Shown: positions 18,890-29,189 of the stretch, piece after piece | How the letters are laid out: every line of letters begins with the position of its first letter | Numbering within the stretch: the first letter of the stretch is position 1 | Assembly (NCBI GenBank): GCA_963767925.1 | Contig: CAVYGB010000008.1 | Span: 864,001-928,000 of the forward strand | Length of the DNA: 64,000 nucleotides | Reading direction: 5' to 3' | Origin: an uncultured delta proteobacterium | GTDB taxonomy: Bacteria; Myxococcota_A; Polyangia; Fen-1088 | The notes under the pieces: generated by a model | The model's input: only the letters and a program-made list of their open reading frames with translations | The model's database searches: none | Told to the model about the DNA's origin: nothing | Program-made: the position numbers and the translations under genes

Positions 18890-19313
18890 ACGCTGGCCAG
18901 ATCTCCAGAACCGCCGCCAGCATCGACTCGTCGAATCCAGCCGGCACAACGATCCGCGCACCACCAACCTCGACCTGCAGCGGCGCTGGCGTCAGCGTCG
19001 TCCGGCTGCCTGCGCCAGAGGAAGCCCGCTTCGGGACTCGTACTACGCGCAGAAGGCGCATCCGGGTTGCCGCCACCTTCTTCGGCGCACGGCTAGCCGG
19101 ACGCCGACGTGTCTTGCCAAGCCGCCACCCCCAGTGCCGAAGAAGTCCTGCAGAAAATCCCTTCCCTGCGCAGAAGTCTTCGGACTTCTGGCCGCTCGCC
19201 CGCGATGCCTCTATCCGCGCTGCCCATTCGGTTGCTGTCGCCATGGCATCCAGGATGCCGGGCACCGCTCAACTTGAGTAGAACGGGGTCCGTGCACCGG
19301 GTACCCCGCTCAC
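18890..19313 (-). mobile_element. IS66-like remnant: left end plus TnpA-like ORF (ATG 19244)
   Basis: W..RIEA.RASGQ....FC...G...W and IVVPAGFD..L..VL; GTGAGCG end at 19313. Confidence 0.65.
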
Positions 19314-19460
19314 GTGGCTGACTTCCTCAAGGGCGCGGGATCTTTCCAGCGGAGCCTGGCCGCGTACGAGCGATTGGCCCGCGATCGTGCGAGCCATCCA
19401 TCCACCGAGCCCCCGCCGCCCAAGCGGCGCGGGGATCCCGACGACGAAGACGGAGGAGCG

Positions 19461-20304
19461 CATGGCTAGCGAAGAAATGGATCGCCTGTACGAGCACCTG
19501 CGCAGGATCGGGCTGCGCCACGCCGCCCAGAATCTGGACGAGCACATTCGACAGGCCGCCGCGCTCAAGCTCGGGCACCTCGCGTTCATTGCACGCATCG
19601 CCGAGGCGGAGGTGTTGGCACGCAAGGAGACGGGCACACAAAAACGGATCAGCCAGGCCGACTTCCCCGAGATTTGTCGGCTGGAAGACTACGATTTCAA
19701 GAAGCAGCCGAGCCTCGACCGCAAGCAGGTGCTCGACCTCGCCGAGCTGGGCTTTGTCGACCGCCGTCAGGCCGTTCTGTGGATCGGCCCGAGCGGCGTG
19801 GGCAAGACCCATCTGGCGGTGAGCCTCGGTGTGCGCGCGTGTCAGGCTGGCTACCGCGTGCGCTTCTGCCGCGCCTACGAGCTGTTGACCCGCCTCTACG
19901 CCTCGCTCGCCGACGACACGCTCGACCAGATCCTCGACGAGATGTGCAAGCCGGATCTATTGATTGTGGACGAGCTAGGAAACAGTCCCCGCAAGCGCGA
20001 GCACGACTTCGCCGGCGTCTTCTTCGAGCTCGTCGCCCGCCGATACCGTCGCGGATCGATCATCCTCGCCACCAACCTCGGCTTCGAGGAGTGGCCACAG
20101 GCGCTCGGCAGTCCCTCCCAGGTCACACCCGCCCTCGACCGCCTCATCGAGGGCGCGCACATCTTCACCTTCCCCAAAGACGCCAAGAGCTTCCGCGTCG
20201 ATCGAGACTCGTCCCCCGGCCCACTGCCGCCGAAGCGAGGTCGACGTCCCTCCGGCCATCGCGGCCACCGAGACGCCGACCGGAAGCGCCCGGAGCAATG
20301 GTGA
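19461..20304 (+). CDS. istB: IS21 ATP-binding helper
   Basis: LEDYDFKKQP, GPSGVGKT, LLIVDELG, ATN, LDRL. Confidence 0.92.
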
Positions 20305-20531
20305 GCAGTCGTCCAGCCGCGCCTCCACCACGCATCGTCACCCTCGTGCTGCCCGCGCTCGGCCCGCGCGAGGCCGGGGCGCTCATCGACTGCCTCGAGC
20401 AGCTCCAGGGTGAGCTGTGGCAGGTCTACCGCGAGGCGATCCTCCAGCCCGAGCCCGATCCCGACGTCGCTGAGGATCCCGCCTCGAACAGCGATCCCCC
20501 GTCGTACGATCCGGACGACTCGCTCTTCTGA
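20298..20531 (+). CDS. Small acidic hypothetical protein inside the IS
   Basis: Overlaps istB stop; GALIDCLEQLQGELWQVY...DDSLF. Confidence 0.45.
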   Translation: MVSSRPAAPPPRIVTLVLPALGPREAGALIDCLEQLQGELWQVYREAILQPEPDPDVAEDPASNSDPPSYDPDDSLF

Positions 20532-20848
20532 TCGACCGCCGAGCGGGCGCCGTCTGTCTCGGGATCCGCCTCGAGCCGCGCCCCGGGAGGGGGGGCACGC
20601 CTCCCCGGCCGACCCTCCGCCATCCGCGTGCCCCCCTTGAGATCGCCCTGGCGCCCTCGCGGCCCCACTACAGGCTTTCGCCTCGCCACGGACCTACCAG
20701 GCAACTTCCGGCCCAATCAGGTCGCGCCGGGCACCCAAAGCGATTCCCTGTCGGGCCCGAAATCGGCGTCACCGCGCGATCCGCCTCTCCGTCACCCGAG
20801 GCGATTTCGGCCGCCGTGCCGGGGGAGGATTTCACTGCCACCAGCAGT

Positions 20849-21302
20849 CGGTCGCTGCGACCGGAGGCCCGGGAGGTGACGAAGGAGCCGAGGCACTTCG
20901 GGAAACGCAGCCCGTATGACGGCGGGAACTCGGGCGGGTGGGGTTTTGGCGCGATGGCCGCACGAAAGTTTGAGTACGGCGCAAAGGAGAACGTTGGCCT
21001 CCGGGGCTTGCTGAGCCTCGCGCTGCTTGAAGTCATGCGCAGGCAGCGGGATCGTTTCAGCACCGCCGAGATAGGTGACGTTGCTTGATCAGCGAGCGCC
21101 GGATTGAACCTCGCGTCGCACGTGCACAGAGCACTTGTCCCCGCCCAACCCCGCGAGACAGCAAGCGTTCTCGATGGCTGGGGACAAACTCTGTAACAGC
21201 CTCTCTCACAACCTAGGTAACTACTCACGATTCGCCTCACCCGCCCAGATTCAGGTGCTGGTGATCGAAAGATTGTGGGAGTTCGATTCTCCCCGACCGC
21301 AC
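20849..21302 (+). repeat. Island right-end repeat, family B copy 2
   Basis: Near-identical to 2028-2483. Confidence 0.9.
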
Positions 21303-21303
21303 C
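21245..21303 (+). tRNA. 3' half of tRNA-Leu(CAG), att core with one mismatch
   Basis: CCAGATTCAGGTGCTGG...CCCGACCGCACC; 5' half absent. Confidence 0.85.
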
Positions 21304-21587
21304 CAGATACCCCTGAAATTCCCAGCTCTTCTTGCGCTTCCGACGTTCTGGATCTCGTAGGGGTTCTTGGCGGGGACAAGCGGGGACAAACCGGCGCCCG
21401 CCTTTTCGGCGTTTTCCCCGGTATTTCCGCGCACGCGCCAGAATGGTGTTCTGGTGCGTTTTCTGACGCGAACTATGGGTTGGTCGCCCACGGCAGCGCC
21501 CCGACTTCCATAGTTTGTGTGGCCGTTCCGACGAGCGGGTTTCGATCTTCCCTCCGGTCGCCAGGCTTTACTTCGGCCGCACGAGGG

Positions 21588-22337
21588 TCATTTCGACCGA
21601 CGCTGGTGACGCTCCCGGTACTCTCGGAGGGTCGGTGTTTTCTGCCAATCCTGACTGAGCTCGGTGCCGACGTAGATCTTGCTGATGAGGCCGCGCGGGG
21701 CGCTCTTTCCCTTCGCCACCTCGTATGCAATCTCCGTGGCCTTGCGGTCGCGGTCCGGGGTGTCCTTCGCAAGGGTCACCGGGATCTCGATGGTTAGCTC
21801 TCCGGCGGAAACCCTGAACCGATATAGAGACCTGTGCATCTGCTTGGCCAGGCTGTCCTCGTGGACATGGACCCAGACGTTCTCCAGCGCGAACGGGAGA
21901 TCGAGCAGCTGGGGCGCCAGGTCTTCGAATGCGAGATAGAGCGAAGGCTGGGGGTCGAACCAAAGGGTTTGCCATACCTGGTCCTTGCCGGCCCGTATGG
22001 TAGCTCCCTCGGAAATGGCTTCCGTCGGCGCCAGCGGCCATTCGACGCGGTATTCGTGCACCTGGTCCTTCGGACCCAGGCCGGAACCGAGCAATGCGGC
22101 TGCCTTTTCGAAATCCAGCGGCGACAGACGCGAAACCTTCATTAGCTGTTGGATCAGCTTCTCGACCTTCGCTTCGGGCCTCGGGACGAGCGCTCCGTTC
22201 GGCTCCTTCGCCGGGGATGCTCCAGCGGCCGACGCCGCAAGGCCTGCGCAGCAACAGACGAGCAGCCCAAGCCGCTCCGCCTGGGATCGTCGGAAAGACG
22301 ATGCTCGGGATGTGGCGCCAAACACTTGGAGACTCAC
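21588..22337 (-). CDS. Exported partner (putative immunity), copy 2
   Basis: Signal-like N-terminus; paralog of 8456-9223; GTGA overlap with upstream gene. Confidence 0.72.
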   Translation of the reverse strand: MSLQVFGATSRASSFRRSQAERLGLLVCCCAGLAASAAGASPAKEPNGALVPRPEAKVEKLIQQLMKVSRLSPLDFEKAAALLGSGLGPKDQVHEYRVEWPLAPTEAISEGATIRAGKDQVWQTLWFDPQPSLYLAFEDLAPQLLDLPFALENVWVHVHEDSLAKQMHRSLYRFRVSAGELTIEIPVTLAKDTPDRDRKATEIAYEVAKGKSAPRGLISKIYVGTELSQDWQKTPTLREYRERHQRRSK

Positions 22338-23248
22338 TGCTTGTGCCTTTCGTCGAAGTCCTCGCGGTGCTTCTCCAGAAAGACCTCCTCGGTGGTCTTG
22401 TAGCTCCCATCGGCATTGCGGCCTCTCGGCTCCTGACCAGCCCAGAAGGCCATCTCTGCAATGGCCTCGTCGACGGTAAGAATGTCACCGCTTTTCCATC
22501 GCTCGTAGATCTTGATGTATTCGTCGTCGAACCCTCCGCGAATCCCGATGTCCGGGCCCATGCCAGGACTTGGGGAATTCCTGATCTCGTCTCTTGCCCT
22601 GGCGTTGGTGAAGGCAGCCCCGGCTTCTCCCCAAATCTCCGTTCGGGTGGCGTTCGTTGCGTAGCCTTCGCGATCACCGATGTCTACGGGCGCGCGACCT
22701 GGCCCTCTGACGGCGTGGTCTATCTCGTGGCTGGCGAGCGAGGAGAGCTCGGCCGGAGTCAGGACATGCCCATCGACCAAGGACTTCGGATTGATATAGA
22801 TGACTTTGTCTGGCGGCCCGTGATGGGTCTCATTCGGTCCGTTCCGAAACTCGATGTGATAGCCCTTTTCCTTGGCCTTCGCCCACAGCTCGCGCATGGT
22901 GGGACTCTTGTTCAGGATCTCGTCGACCTCCTTGCCCAGGCCGGACACGATGGGGGGCGCGAGGCGCGGTTTCTCGGGCTTCGCCGGTGCGGCAACCGGA
23001 ACGGGCGGCCGTTCCGGTTGCGGACCGGACGGCCCACCTCCACCAACTATCACGGTCTCTCCGCCCAAGGGCGCCACCGCCAACCGTTGCGGGGGAGGCG
23101 GCTCCTCGATGATATCGATGCTCTGGGGTGTGCCCGGGCCGAGGGGATCAGTTGGGGCGTCGGGGTCCACGTCCGGGCCGCCGGCGGTTCCGACATCGGC
23201 TGAAGGAGTGCTCACGCCTCGACCGGTGATGCTGTTGAAGCTCGTCAT
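22334..23248 (-). CDS. Putative zinc metallopeptidase effector, copy 2
   Basis: SHEIDHA, NARARDEI, GPDIGIRG; ATG 23248 after AGGAG. Confidence 0.72.
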   Translation of the reverse strand: MTSFNSITGRGVSTPSADVGTAGGPDVDPDAPTDPLGPGTPQSIDIIEEPPPPQRLAVAPLGGETVIVGGGGPSGPQPERPPVPVAAPAKPEKPRLAPPIVSGLGKEVDEILNKSPTMRELWAKAKEKGYHIEFRNGPNETHHGPPDKVIYINPKSLVDGHVLTPAELSSLASHEIDHAVRGPGRAPVDIGDREGYATNATRTEIWGEAGAAFTNARARDEIRNSPSPGMGPDIGIRGGFDDEYIKIYERWKSGDILTVDEAIAEMAFWAGQEPRGRNADGSYKTTEEVFLEKHREDFDERHKQ

Positions 23249-23284
23249 CAGGCTCTCCTGCTCAGGTCTGGTGGGACGTACGCT

Positions 23285-23311
23285 GTTTCGGTTGGAGCTT
23301 GCGTGAGTTGC
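23285..23311 (-). promoter_or_regulatory. GCAAC-N15-CCGAAAC promoter-like motif
   Basis: CCGA begins 43 nt before ATG 23248. Confidence 0.6.
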
Positions 23312-23347
23312 GCGGTAGTTTTGCGGCGCAACCAGCCACAGATACCA

Positions 23348-24987
23348 TGGTCGGCATGCCCATGGTGAAGAGAGACGCGCTCGCCTTCGTGGGAGGTTTT
23401 CACAAGCCCACACCCGGCCGCGCGCAGGGCACCCATCGGTCGGCCTACCTGGTGTGTCAGGCCCTGGCGAGGGTGGGGCGGTACGGTACCTTCGACCTCT
23501 ACCGGGACCAACAGCGAAGCCACGGCGCCCTCGTGTTGCCGTCGAGCCCACCCACCCGGGTTTTCGAGAAGACGCGGTTGCACAGCACGCGTGACCGCTA
23601 CGCTGCCATCCATGTCGCCAACGGCGAGCAGATCTTCACCGCGCCACACCAGCTGCGCCCGGCGGGCGATTGGGCACCGGTGATCTGCAGCATCGGCACC
23701 GCCCACGCCAACAGCCAGTGGGCGAACCTCTTCCTGTCGCTGGCGTCGGGCACGATCCGTTCCACCGACGCGTTCATCTTCAAGTCCGAAGCGGCCCGGT
23801 CGCTGTTCCGGGGGGTCTGGGGACGGTGGTCGCAGCGGTTCGGGTTCCAGTCGCCGTTTCCGGCCATCGCGACCGTCATCCCCAACGGGGTGGATGTGCA
23901 TCAAAACTGTCGTTCCGAGACTCTGCGTTCGCAGACGCGCGATCGACTGGGCGTCCATCAGCAGGAAATCGTATATCTCTCGTTCAACCGGCTGGACCCG
24001 GGCATGAAAGGCGACCTCGAGGCGCTGGTCCTCCATTGGACACGGGTCCTGGCAAACGTGCCACGCGCGCTACTGGTCCTGGCCGGTGTGACCGCCGATC
24101 GCGACTACGTTGGACATTTGCGACAGCTCGCCCGCGCGGTTGGCGCCGCCAACCGGATCCTGGTCATCGACAACCCCCACGAGCTGTTCCCGGACGCGCG
24201 CGGCAGCTTGATGTCCGCGGCCGACGTCTTCGTTCATCCGAGCACCGGCATCGAGGAGGCCTCGCCGCTGGCCGTGCACGAGGCGCAGGCGCACGCCCTC
24301 CCGATCATCGCCGCCCGCTGGGCTGGCATCCCGGAGGTGGTCACCCACGGCGAGACCGGCTTCCTCATCGACACGCGCGTCGCTCCGCTGCGACCTCATG
24401 TGGCGACCACGATGTTTGGCGAGACCGACCGAACCCATCTGGTCCACGCGGGCCGCACCGTCTGGTGCGACTGGCGAGCCTTCGTCGACGCGGCGACCGC
24501 GCTCGCTGATGAGGACCGCCGCGCAGCCATGGGCGCCGCCGCCCGCCGCCGGGAACAATCCCGCGACATCGAGGCAGTGGCGCGCGAATACGTGACCTTC
24601 TTCGATGCGGCCAGCGCCGCCGCCGAGAAGGCCTGGGCCGGCCCGGCACCCTCTCAACCGCTGGTCCACCTCGACGACGTGCTCGCGGCTCAGGCCGCCG
24701 GGACGCTGGAGCCAGGACACCGCTTGCGCCTGGCTGACCAGCAGCCTCTGCCGCTGCTGACCCGAGGGTCCTATTCCGAATCCTCGGCTCAGCTCTCTTG
24801 TGTGCTCGAGCTCTTCAAGAGCGAGGAGGTCGTATCCGTTGCGGACGCGGCTGCCGCGGCGGCTGCCTTCGCGCGCGCCGCCGACCCTGCCGAGTTCGGC
24901 GACGAGACTGATCTGGCGATCTCCTCGCGCTTGCTCGTCCGCCTGCTGAACGCCGGCGTGCTGGAACTCGATCGCGAGCCGACTTGA
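23348..24987 (+). CDS. Large family 4 glycosyltransferase with C-terminal extension; start uncertain
   Basis: VIPNGVD, ADVFVHPS, EASPLAVHEA (E-x7-E), GIPEVVTHGETGFL. Confidence 0.88.
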
Positions 24988-25098
24988 GCCTGCCCGCCGT
25001 GAGCGGGCCGCTTTTCGGCTCTCCTGACATCTTCGTGGGCGCACGGCTCAGAGGCGGTAGGCTGCTGGACGTCAACTACAAACACCCGCGGGCGCCAA

Positions 25099-25938
25099 TT
25101 ACATCTCCCCAGTCGCCTCCGGGGTAATTGTCGTCGCATGATCGGTAGTTGTCGTAGTTGTCGCTGGGCCTGAGTCACCTCTCTTGCGCGCGGCTTCGTC
25201 GCGGTGGCTGAAGCCGGTCATCTCGATGATGACGGCGTGGTGGATGAGACGGTCGATGGCCGCGGCAGTGGTCATGGGATCCTTGAAAATTCGGATCCAG
25301 TCGCTGAAGACCAGATTGCTGGTGATGATGACGCTCTTGCGCTCGTACCGTTCGGCCAGGAAGGTGAAGAGCACCTCCATCTCGTCCCGGCTCTGCTGGA
25401 CGTAGCCGATGTCGTCCAGGATGACTGCGTGATAGATGTCCAGCGTCCCCAGCTCACGCTCGAGGCGCAGGTCGCGCTTGGCCGCGAGCAGCCTCTGGAC
25501 GAGCGCAAAGGTCGGCGTGAACAGGACGCGATACCCGCGGCGGATGAGCTCGTGTCCGATAGCCGCGACGACGTGGGTCTTGCCCCGGCCCGGCAGCCCG
25601 AAAGCCAGGAGGTTTTCTCCCCGCTCCACGAAGCCGCCTTCGCAGAGATCCGGCAGCTGCTTCGCCACTTTCTGCGGCAGTCGGCCTCGGTTCAGGGTCG
25701 CCAGCGTCTTCTCCGACGGCAGGTCCGAGTCGCGGAGAGCGCGGTCGACGCGTCGGACTCTGCGCTCCTCGACCTCGAGTTCGGCCAGGTGGTGCAGGTA
25801 TTGGCCGAAGGTCCACCCCTCTCGCGTTGCCTTCGCGGCCACCTCCTCGGCGTACCGACCGAAGGCCGGTAACTTCAGGGCGCGCATGAGCACGAGGAGC
25901 GCATCGAGGGCGCATACCTTGCCGTCAGGCGCGGTCAT
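25099..25938 (-). CDS. istB: IS21 ATP-binding helper
   Basis: GLPGRGKT, ILDDIGY, ITSNL, AAIDRL. Confidence 0.92.
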   Translation of the reverse strand: MTAPDGKVCALDALLVLMRALKLPAFGRYAEEVAAKATREGWTFGQYLHHLAELEVEERRVRRVDRALRDSDLPSEKTLATLNRGRLPQKVAKQLPDLCEGGFVERGENLLAFGLPGRGKTHVVAAIGHELIRRGYRVLFTPTFALVQRLLAAKRDLRLERELGTLDIYHAVILDDIGYVQQSRDEMEVLFTFLAERYERKSVIITSNLVFSDWIRIFKDPMTTAAAIDRLIHHAVIIEMTGFSHRDEAARKRGDSGPATTTTTTDHATTITPEATGEM

Positions 25939-26211
25939 GACGCCACCTCCGCAAGGAGCGTGTCGTAGGCGGCGAGATCCACGGTCGGCCTGTCGAGCAC
26001 CGGCACCACGCACGCGGCGGTGCTTGCCGCCTGCGCGCATCTTCCCTTCACAGTATCCGCCGTCACGGCCGCCCCTTCAGACAGCAGCGACGCGATCGCT
26101 TGCTCCACGTCGGCCTCCATGGTGCTCGCGGCCAGGTGGAGGATGCGCAGGTACTCGACGTCTCCTTTGGTCCCCGACTTTGCGGCTTGGATCGCGTCGT
26201 AAGCCTGCCGG
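25935..26211 (-). pseudogene. istA: IstA C-terminal fragment
   Basis: EYLRILHLAA, VDLAAYDTLL; ATGA overlap with istB; cut at 26212. Confidence 0.75.
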
Positions 26212-27479
26212 TGCACATTTCGGCGAACGTGATCACCGAGATCGGTCCATCGTGATCATGTCGGAGCGAAGCGACGCTGTCTGGTCGCGTTAGTACCTAT
26301 TTCGATAGGCCGGCCGCGCGCCACGCGATGATTCCGCAGACAAAATGAAGCATGGCGAAGTACGTGTCCTCGCGAATTTCCCACCGGATGAGAATGCGTC
26401 GGAATCTGTTCATCCAGCCGTGGGTCCTCTCGACGACCCATCGTCGTGCCTTGACGCCGGGCTTGCGCTCGAGTTCCTTCTTCTCTTCGCCCCGGCTGCG
26501 CACGTGAAGTGTGAACCCGTGGGCAGCTCCGATAGCCCGCGGCTCCTTGTAGTCGAATGCCTTGTCCAGGCAGAGGCCTTGGGGAGAAGTCTTCGTCGGC
26601 CGCGGGCGAGTCACTGGGATGCTGTCGATCGTTTCCGGCATCAATTTGTGGTCGTTCCGATTCGCCCCGTCAACCGCCAGACCGAGGGGCACGCCCGCGC
26701 CATCGACCAGGAGGCTGCGTTTGGTACCGTCCTTGGCGCGATCGGTTGGGTTTGGTCCGGTTTTTTTCCCCCCCGAGGGGCGCCTTCGTCATGGCCCCAT
26801 CCATCGACATCCAACTCCAGTCGATGCCCTTCGCCTCATCGTAGGCCAGAAGCCCCTGGCGCCAGAACTCGTGAAACACTCCCGCGTCCAGCCACTCCCG
26901 GAATCGTCGGTACGCCGACGCGCAGGAGCAGATGCCCGTCGCGTCCAGAGCGTTCCACCGGCAACCGGTTCGGAGCACGAAAAGAATCGCGGCCATGGCA
27001 TTTCGATCTGGCACCCGAGGCCGGTGGCATCCGAGCGGGTGCACGGGGCGCGGGGGAAGCAGCGGCTCCAGCTTGGCCCAGAGGTCGTCGGACAGCTTCC
27101 AACTGGGCGCCTTGGCGGTGCGTTTCATGCCCCTACAAGCGGGCCAGATCGTTGATCGCGCAATTTTTTGACCGTTTCGACAGGGCGGTCTACGTTGCCT
27201 TCACGTCCTAACGAAATAGGTTCTTAGTGGTTATTCGGTCTCGGTCTCCTTCTCGTTCTTTCGCCTCGAAGGCCCCTTTAGCACGAGCCGGTGGGCGTTG
27301 TGCAGGATGCGGTCGAGGATGGCGTCTGCGAGGGTCTGATCGGCCAGGTGGGCGTGCCAGGTTTTCGGCGGGAGTTGGCTGGTCATGATCGTGGAGCGAT
27401 TGCCGTACCGGTCTTCGAGGATTTCGAAGAAGTCACGCCTCTCCTGCTCGCCGGGCGGGGTGAGGCCCCAGTCGTCGAT
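26212..27479 (-). mobile_element. Remnant of another IS21-family element: terminal repeat plus istB 3' part at 27231-27479
   Basis: TGCACATTTCGG end with CGTGATCA repeats; IDDWGL...EDRY..STIMTSQLP...DAILDR read on the minus strand. Confidence 0.78.
26293..27223 (-). mobile_element. Complete 931-bp IS5-family element with a two-ORF transposase (26670-27128, 26297-~26765)
   Basis: 17-bp IR G(T/A)ACCTATTTCG(A/T)TAGG, TTA duplication, LSDDLW, RTGCRW, DKAFD, RWVVERT. Confidence 0.93.
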
Positions 27480-27622
27480 TTATGTGGAGCTCCACATAAA
27501 TCGACTCATGTTGAGCCCCTGCTTATGTGGAGCTGCGGTTGAGTTCTCCTCGGCGGTAGGCGCCCACGACTTCACATAAATCGATCGGTACGCTCCTGGC
27601 GGTCCATCCAAGGAGGCCGCCC

Positions 27623-28846
27623 ATGCTGACCGAGTTGTATCCACGATTTCATGCTCGTTTCTCGTCGCTGCCGCTACTGGGACCCCATGTAGAGAGGTTC
27701 GTCAGTTGGCTTCACGCGGAAGGGTATCCTCCTCGGCAGATTGTGCTACGCGTTCGACGGATGCCGCGGGTCGATGCCCGCCTACGACGGCGAGGTGTTG
27801 TCCGGTTCGACGAGCTCTCTCGAGGTCAGCTCTTGGAGCTGGCACCACGGAAAGCACAGGACGATACCTATCTCTCGGCACTTGTAAGATCCCCCGGGCA
27901 TTACGTCGAGGAGCAACGCTCGGTCGAGCGTCCCGCGCTGACACGAGGCCAACGGCTCGTCGAGAAGTACCGGATCTACCTGGGCAGCGTGCGTGGCCTT
28001 GCCGACGCCACGATTACTGGCCATGCGTCGACGGCATCCGAGGTGTTGGCCTTCGTGGACTACGAGAGACGTCCGGCCAGCCTGCACCGGCTTGATTCCC
28101 GCAGGATCGAGTCCTTCATCAAAGCAGTCGCAGCCCGTCTCAGCCGCGAGACCCTTCAACACATCATCGCCCGTGTCCGTTCTTTTCTTCGCTTTCTCGT
28201 CGGTCAAGGCCAGATCGCTGAGGACCTCGATACGACGATCGATACGCCTCGCGTGTACCGAGGCGAGCGCCTGCCGCGGTCGATCCCGTGGAAGGTCGTC
28301 CAGTCGTTTCTCGCCGCGATCGATCGGTCCACGCCGAAGGGTCGACGCGACTACGCCATGTTTCTGCTGATCACCACGTATGGTCTGCGCACAAGCGAGG
28401 TCGCGGCGCTGCGACTGGACGACATCGAGTGGCGCGCAGGCCGGCTCCGCGTCCCCCGACCGAAGATGCAGGCCCCAATCATGTTGCCCCTGACCAAGGA
28501 AGTGGGCGCCGCCCTTGCCGCCTACCTGCGCCGGGGGCGACCCGAGCTTTCGTGCCGACAGGTCTTCGTGCGGGTCCGATCTCCCGCTGGCCCACTCGAA
28601 CGCACGGGCGTGAGCAACGCATTTCAGTGGTGGTGCCGGCGTGCTGGCCTCCCGATTCCGCACCAGGGTCCCCATTGTCTGCGCCACTCACTCGCCGTTC
28701 ATCTGCTTCGCCAAGGCACCTCGCTCAAGGCGATCGGAGACCTGCTTGGTCATCGCAGCAGCGAGAGCACCTGCGTCTATCTCCGGCTGCATGTCGAGGA
28801 TCTCCGCGACGTCGCGCTGGATATTCCGTCGGAGGCGCGCACATGA
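27623..28846 (+). CDS. Tyrosine recombinase, RitA-like (RIT element)
   Basis: GRRDYA, YGLRTSEV, HCLRHS, LLGH, Y; TTATGTG..CACATAA repeats upstream; coupled second recombinase. Confidence 0.88.
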   Translation: MLTELYPRFHARFSSLPLLGPHVERFVSWLHAEGYPPRQIVLRVRRMPRVDARLRRRGVVRFDELSRGQLLELAPRKAQDDTYLSALVRSPGHYVEEQRSVERPALTRGQRLVEKYRIYLGSVRGLADATITGHASTASEVLAFVDYERRPASLHRLDSRRIESFIKAVAARLSRETLQHIIARVRSFLRFLVGQGQIAEDLDTTIDTPRVYRGERLPRSIPWKVVQSFLAAIDRSTPKGRRDYAMFLLITTYGLRTSEVAALRLDDIEWRAGRLRVPRPKMQAPIMLPLTKEVGAALAAYLRRGRPELSCRQVFVRVRSPAGPLERTGVSNAFQWWCRRAGLPIPHQGPHCLRHSLAVHLLRQGTSLKAIGDLLGHRSSESTCVYLRLHVEDLRDVALDIPSEART

Positions 28847-29020
28847 GCTCGGTCCTCCGCTCCGCACTTGGCGCAAAGATCAACTCTTACCTCGAATTCA
28901 AGAAAGCTCTCGGGCGCCGCTTCGCCAACGAGACTAGGGTGCTCGTGCATCTCGATGGTTACCTCGCACAGCAGCGGCCTTCCAAGTTGAGCCCCGATTC
29001 GTTTGCTGGGTGGAGTTCGG
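28843..29020 (+). pseudogene. N-terminal fragment of a RitB-like recombinase
   Basis: INSYLEFKKALGRRF...L..LD.YL; ATGA overlap; broken at TGTTGCGGCGG. Confidence 0.7.
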
Positions 29021-29189
29021 TGTTGCGGCGGCCGAAGGTTCAGCTCCGCTCCGCGCCGGTGTGGAATCTGCGCCCTCGCCGATGGTCAAATGCGGCGCGG
29101 TTGCAGTCTGCTCATCATGGCCGCAGACGGCCACGACGAGCAGACCGCCCGCTTGAGACTGCTCGTCCGGTTGATCCGTGGAGGGGGTA

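Larger units (their letters stand above)
19314..20846 (+). mobile_element. Truncated IS21-family element (istA tail, istB, small ORF, right end)
   Basis: RSLAAYERL IstA-like tail, intact istB, ends ...CCAGCA abutting the island-end repeat. Confidence 0.65.

Noticed and set aside
25105..25165. Thr-rich IstB tail as a novel domain
   Set aside because: It arises from GT(A)(A/G)TTGTCG subterminal IS repeats overlapping the gene end
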